From: Mesotaenium endlicherianum
Taxonomy: Eukaryota
Assembly: GCA_009602735.1 (NCBI GenBank)
Contig: WELA01003305.1
Location: 227,669-264,225, forward strand
DNA length: 36,557 nt
Direction of reading: 5' to 3'
Shown here: positions 34,053 to 36,557 of the stretch, piece after piece
How the letters are laid out: each line of letters opens with the position of its first letter
Position numbering within the stretch: the stretch's first letter is position 1
The notes under the pieces: generated by a model
Database searches by the model: none
Told to the model about the DNA's origin: nothing
Seen by the model: only the letters and a program-made list of their open reading frames with translations
Position numbers and translations under genes: made by a program

Positions 34053-36426
34053 GCGCGCGCGCGCTCATGTGTGCGCGTCCGTGTGCGTGTGCATGCATGT
34101 GTGCATGCACGCGTGCCTGCGCGTGCGTGCATGCGTGCGTGTGCCGCTAGCTTCCTTGACACTGTCACTCGCAGTACTGTCAGTGTTTCTGCGATGCAAG
34201 CGCACAAGATTGAGGGGCGTGTGATGAGAGTGAACGCACCAAATCAGCTCACGTGCGCAGCAGCCCCCCCCTCACCCCCCCCCCTCCCCCCGGCAGTTTG
34301 TCCCGCCACCTTCAAATCTCACCTGACACCTCTGCGGCTGTCCGCACGCGCGTGTGGGGCAGGTGCGAATTCTCCACTCCATGTTCCCTCCGGGCCTGCT
34401 GCCGCTCTTCCGGCTGCTCATAGCCCCTCTAGGGGGGGGCAAGCCAGCAGCCCTTCTCACAGGTGTTGTTCCCCTCCCCTCCCTTTGCCCCCCCCCCCTT
34501 CCCCNNNNNNNNNNNNNNNNNNNNNNNNNNNNNNNNNNNNNNNNNNNNNNNNNNNNNNNNNNNNNNNNNNNNNNNNNNCCCCCGGGGGGGCACTCCTCCT
34601 CTCAATTCTCTTCCCACCCCCTTCTCTTCCAGATCAGCAGGCCGTATTGTGGGCAATTGAGGGCTTGCCAGTATGACTGAGGTAAATCTTCCCGAAAAGT
34701 TTTGGGCCCATGCTAAGGGTTGTGTATTTGTATGTGCATGTATGTGTGTGTTTGCACGTGAAAGTTTGTGAGTGTATTCGTTTGTTGTATGCGTGTGCAT
34801 GTAGATGCACTCTGCCTCCCTCTCATACACATACACCTACATACATATTTATATAATAATATATATATAATATATATGTATATAATATATATGTATATCT
34901 GTTTGTACAAACACCTTGTTCAAAACTCCACTTGACACGTCATCTGTTCGGGGTGGGGGTCAATTTGTGGGAATTGGTCGGCAGCAAGGGTGACGCAGGC
35001 CACCTGTCAGTGGCTGATGGGCCCCTGCAAAGTTAACGAGGTTGACCTGCCAGATGGCTCCAGGATGGCAACTGGGGTGAGTGCATGACCATCCTTCTGT
35101 CTGGAGTCATCATACCGTGTGGGTAGTGGAGTCAAGTGTAGTCAACGGCAAGTCAACAGCAGTCAATGCTTTTCCGCATATGTGGAGGGGAAGGGCAGCG
35201 AGCTTCAACGCCTCTGGTGTGGGAATGCCTACGTGGCCCCGCAGATGAGATGACATGGAGGCGGGTGGGGCACACGTGGCAGGTGCTGATTGAGCGCTGC
35301 CGCTATCTGGAGGAGACTCGATGCGCGGGCATCTGCGTTCACACCTGCAAAATGCCCACTCAGGTTCTATTTTCCTCCCACTTCACACAACCCTTCCTCC
35401 CCTCCCCCCCCCNTGGGTGAATGGGTGGGTGCGTGAGTATGCGACTGGTCAACGCCGTTGACTCTGCCTGCAGTAAGGTGAACGTCTTGACCAGAGCTAC
35501 GATCAGGAGGGTAATGCAAGGTGTGCGAGTGTGAACATGGATGTGTGTTTGCGCGCGTGCACAATTGTATACGTGGGGATGGGAAAACACGTGTCTATGT
35601 GTGTGGGAGTGTGTGTGTGTGTGTCCGTGCGTGCGTGTGTGTGTGTATGTGTGTGTATGTTTACATTAGTGTGTGGGTGTGTTGGTAGACAGGGGCGTGA
35701 GGGTGTTGTGTGCGTGCGCTGCGGCCCGCCGGGCCGGGGGGGGGGAAGAGAGGGGGAGAGAGAAGGGAAAGGTGTAGGTGGGGGGGGTGTTAGGCATCAC
35801 AAAGGATAGGGGAACGGAGGGGGCACCGGCGTTAGAGAAGCTGCTGCTGCTGCTGACTTTCCTCTGACCTCGCACCGCCTGGCGAGGCTGGCGAATCTCG
35901 CCTTTGGCGATGCCACTAGGCCCTCATTCATGAACCCTGAACATGGAACACCTACATCGTGAATTGCTCCGGCTCCGGCTCCGGCTCCAGACTGAAGGGA
36001 CTGGCGTGAAGCATTCCCGCGTGTGAAGACTGCCACGTGGCGGCGCCACCTGTGCCCTGTCGATGGGTGTGGAACGTTGGAGTGCGGGAATGGTTGACTG
36101 TGGCTGAACGTGTATTGACTGGACGTCGCTTGATTTCAGGTCACCTGTGTCATTTGCCCGTCTGACCGGCAAGTGGCGTAATCCTCTGCTGGCGCTGGAG
36201 CGTCACCCCCGCAAGCGCTGATGTGTCACCTCAGCTGGCGCTGATGTGGTGTGGTGCTGACGTGGCGTAATGCTGACGTGGCGTGGTGCTAACTTGGCAT
36301 GGTGCTGACGTGGTGGGACGCTGACGTGGCACTGACGTGGCGTGCGGGCGGCGGCAGGCGTTCATGAAGGAGGGCATGGGCATCCCCATGGCCATGGAGC
36401 CCAACTTCGCCGACTTCAGCTGCCAG
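30730..36426 (+). CDS. D27: Beta-carotene isomerase D27-like protein (DUF4033), plastid-targeted, 3' end beyond the window
   Basis: Exon 1 is 30730-30948 (Ser/Arg/Gly-rich transit-peptide-like sequence containing VTVRAA). A probable short exon starts at 31145 with an uncertain donor. Then 31411(or 31425)-31508, 33577-33681, 34363-34462, 34985-35076, 35283-35363 and 36358-36426 give PLDDIFQALFRRKMAQEVGWDSAQGGYDGLVEVA...VRILHSMFPP...ARVTQATCQWLMGPCKVNEV...VLIERCRYLEETRCAGICVHTCKMPTQAFMKEGMGIPMAMEPNFADFSCQ. From memory this is closest to the D27-like 2 subgroup. Confidence 0.93.
32129..32201. repeat. (CA)n microsatellite in a D27-like intron
   Basis: Directly visible. Similar tracts occur at about 33365-33430 (CA), 34017-34050 (GT) and 35610-35660 (GT). 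Confidence 0.95.
32492..32529. repeat. 11-bp tandem repeat (CTAAGGTGTAG) x3.5
   Basis: Directly visible. Confidence 0.9.
33093..33332. other. Assembly gap (N run); other gaps at 21993-22056 and 34505-34578, single Ns at 4361, 25646 and 35413
   Basis: N characters in the sequence. Nearly all are flanked by G/C homopolymers or microsatellites. Confidence 1.
36240..36343 (+). repeat. 16-bp tandem repeat carrying a CTGAC/CTAAC branch-point-like core, ending just before the D27-like acceptor at 36357
   Basis: CTRAY cores at 36241, 36257, 36273, 36289, 36305, 36321 and 36332. Confidence 0.9.
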
Positions 36427-36557
36427 GCACTCTCCCCTTCTCCCTCCCTCCCTCCCTCCCTTCCTCCCTCCCACCTTTCCTCCTTCCCTCCTCTCGTCCT
36501 TCCTTCCTTCCAGTTTCTCCTGCCCTCCTTCCCTCCTTCCCTCCCTCCCTCCCTCCC

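Overview
Eukaryotic, intron-rich, GC-rich nuclear DNA of a green plant. The protein motifs are land-plant-like and the introns are full of microsatellites, which suggests a streptophyte alga; this taxon call is inference. Six protein-coding genes can be reconstructed by hand from splice sites and conserved motifs: (1) the last three exons of (S)-ureidoglycine aminohydrolase (+); (2) an MMTAG2/C1orf35-like gene (-, 4 coding exons); (3) a DUF4050-family gene (+, 5 exons, 5' end less certain); (4) a 10-exon TSO1/TCX-type tesmin-like CXC protein (+); (5) an intronless PIG-C (-) with an unusual Cys-rich N-terminal extension; (6) a D27-like beta-carotene isomerase (+) that runs off the window. There is no prokaryotic-style system, CRISPR array or intact transposon. 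The most notable patterns are tandem duplications anchored on splice signals (donor, acceptor, branch point) in three genes, G-rich acceptors without a polypyrimidine tract, an E2F/CHR-like motif cluster upstream of the TCX gene, and the zinc-finger-like PIG-C N-terminus. Most ORFs in the supplied track are artefacts of low-complexity GC-rich DNA.
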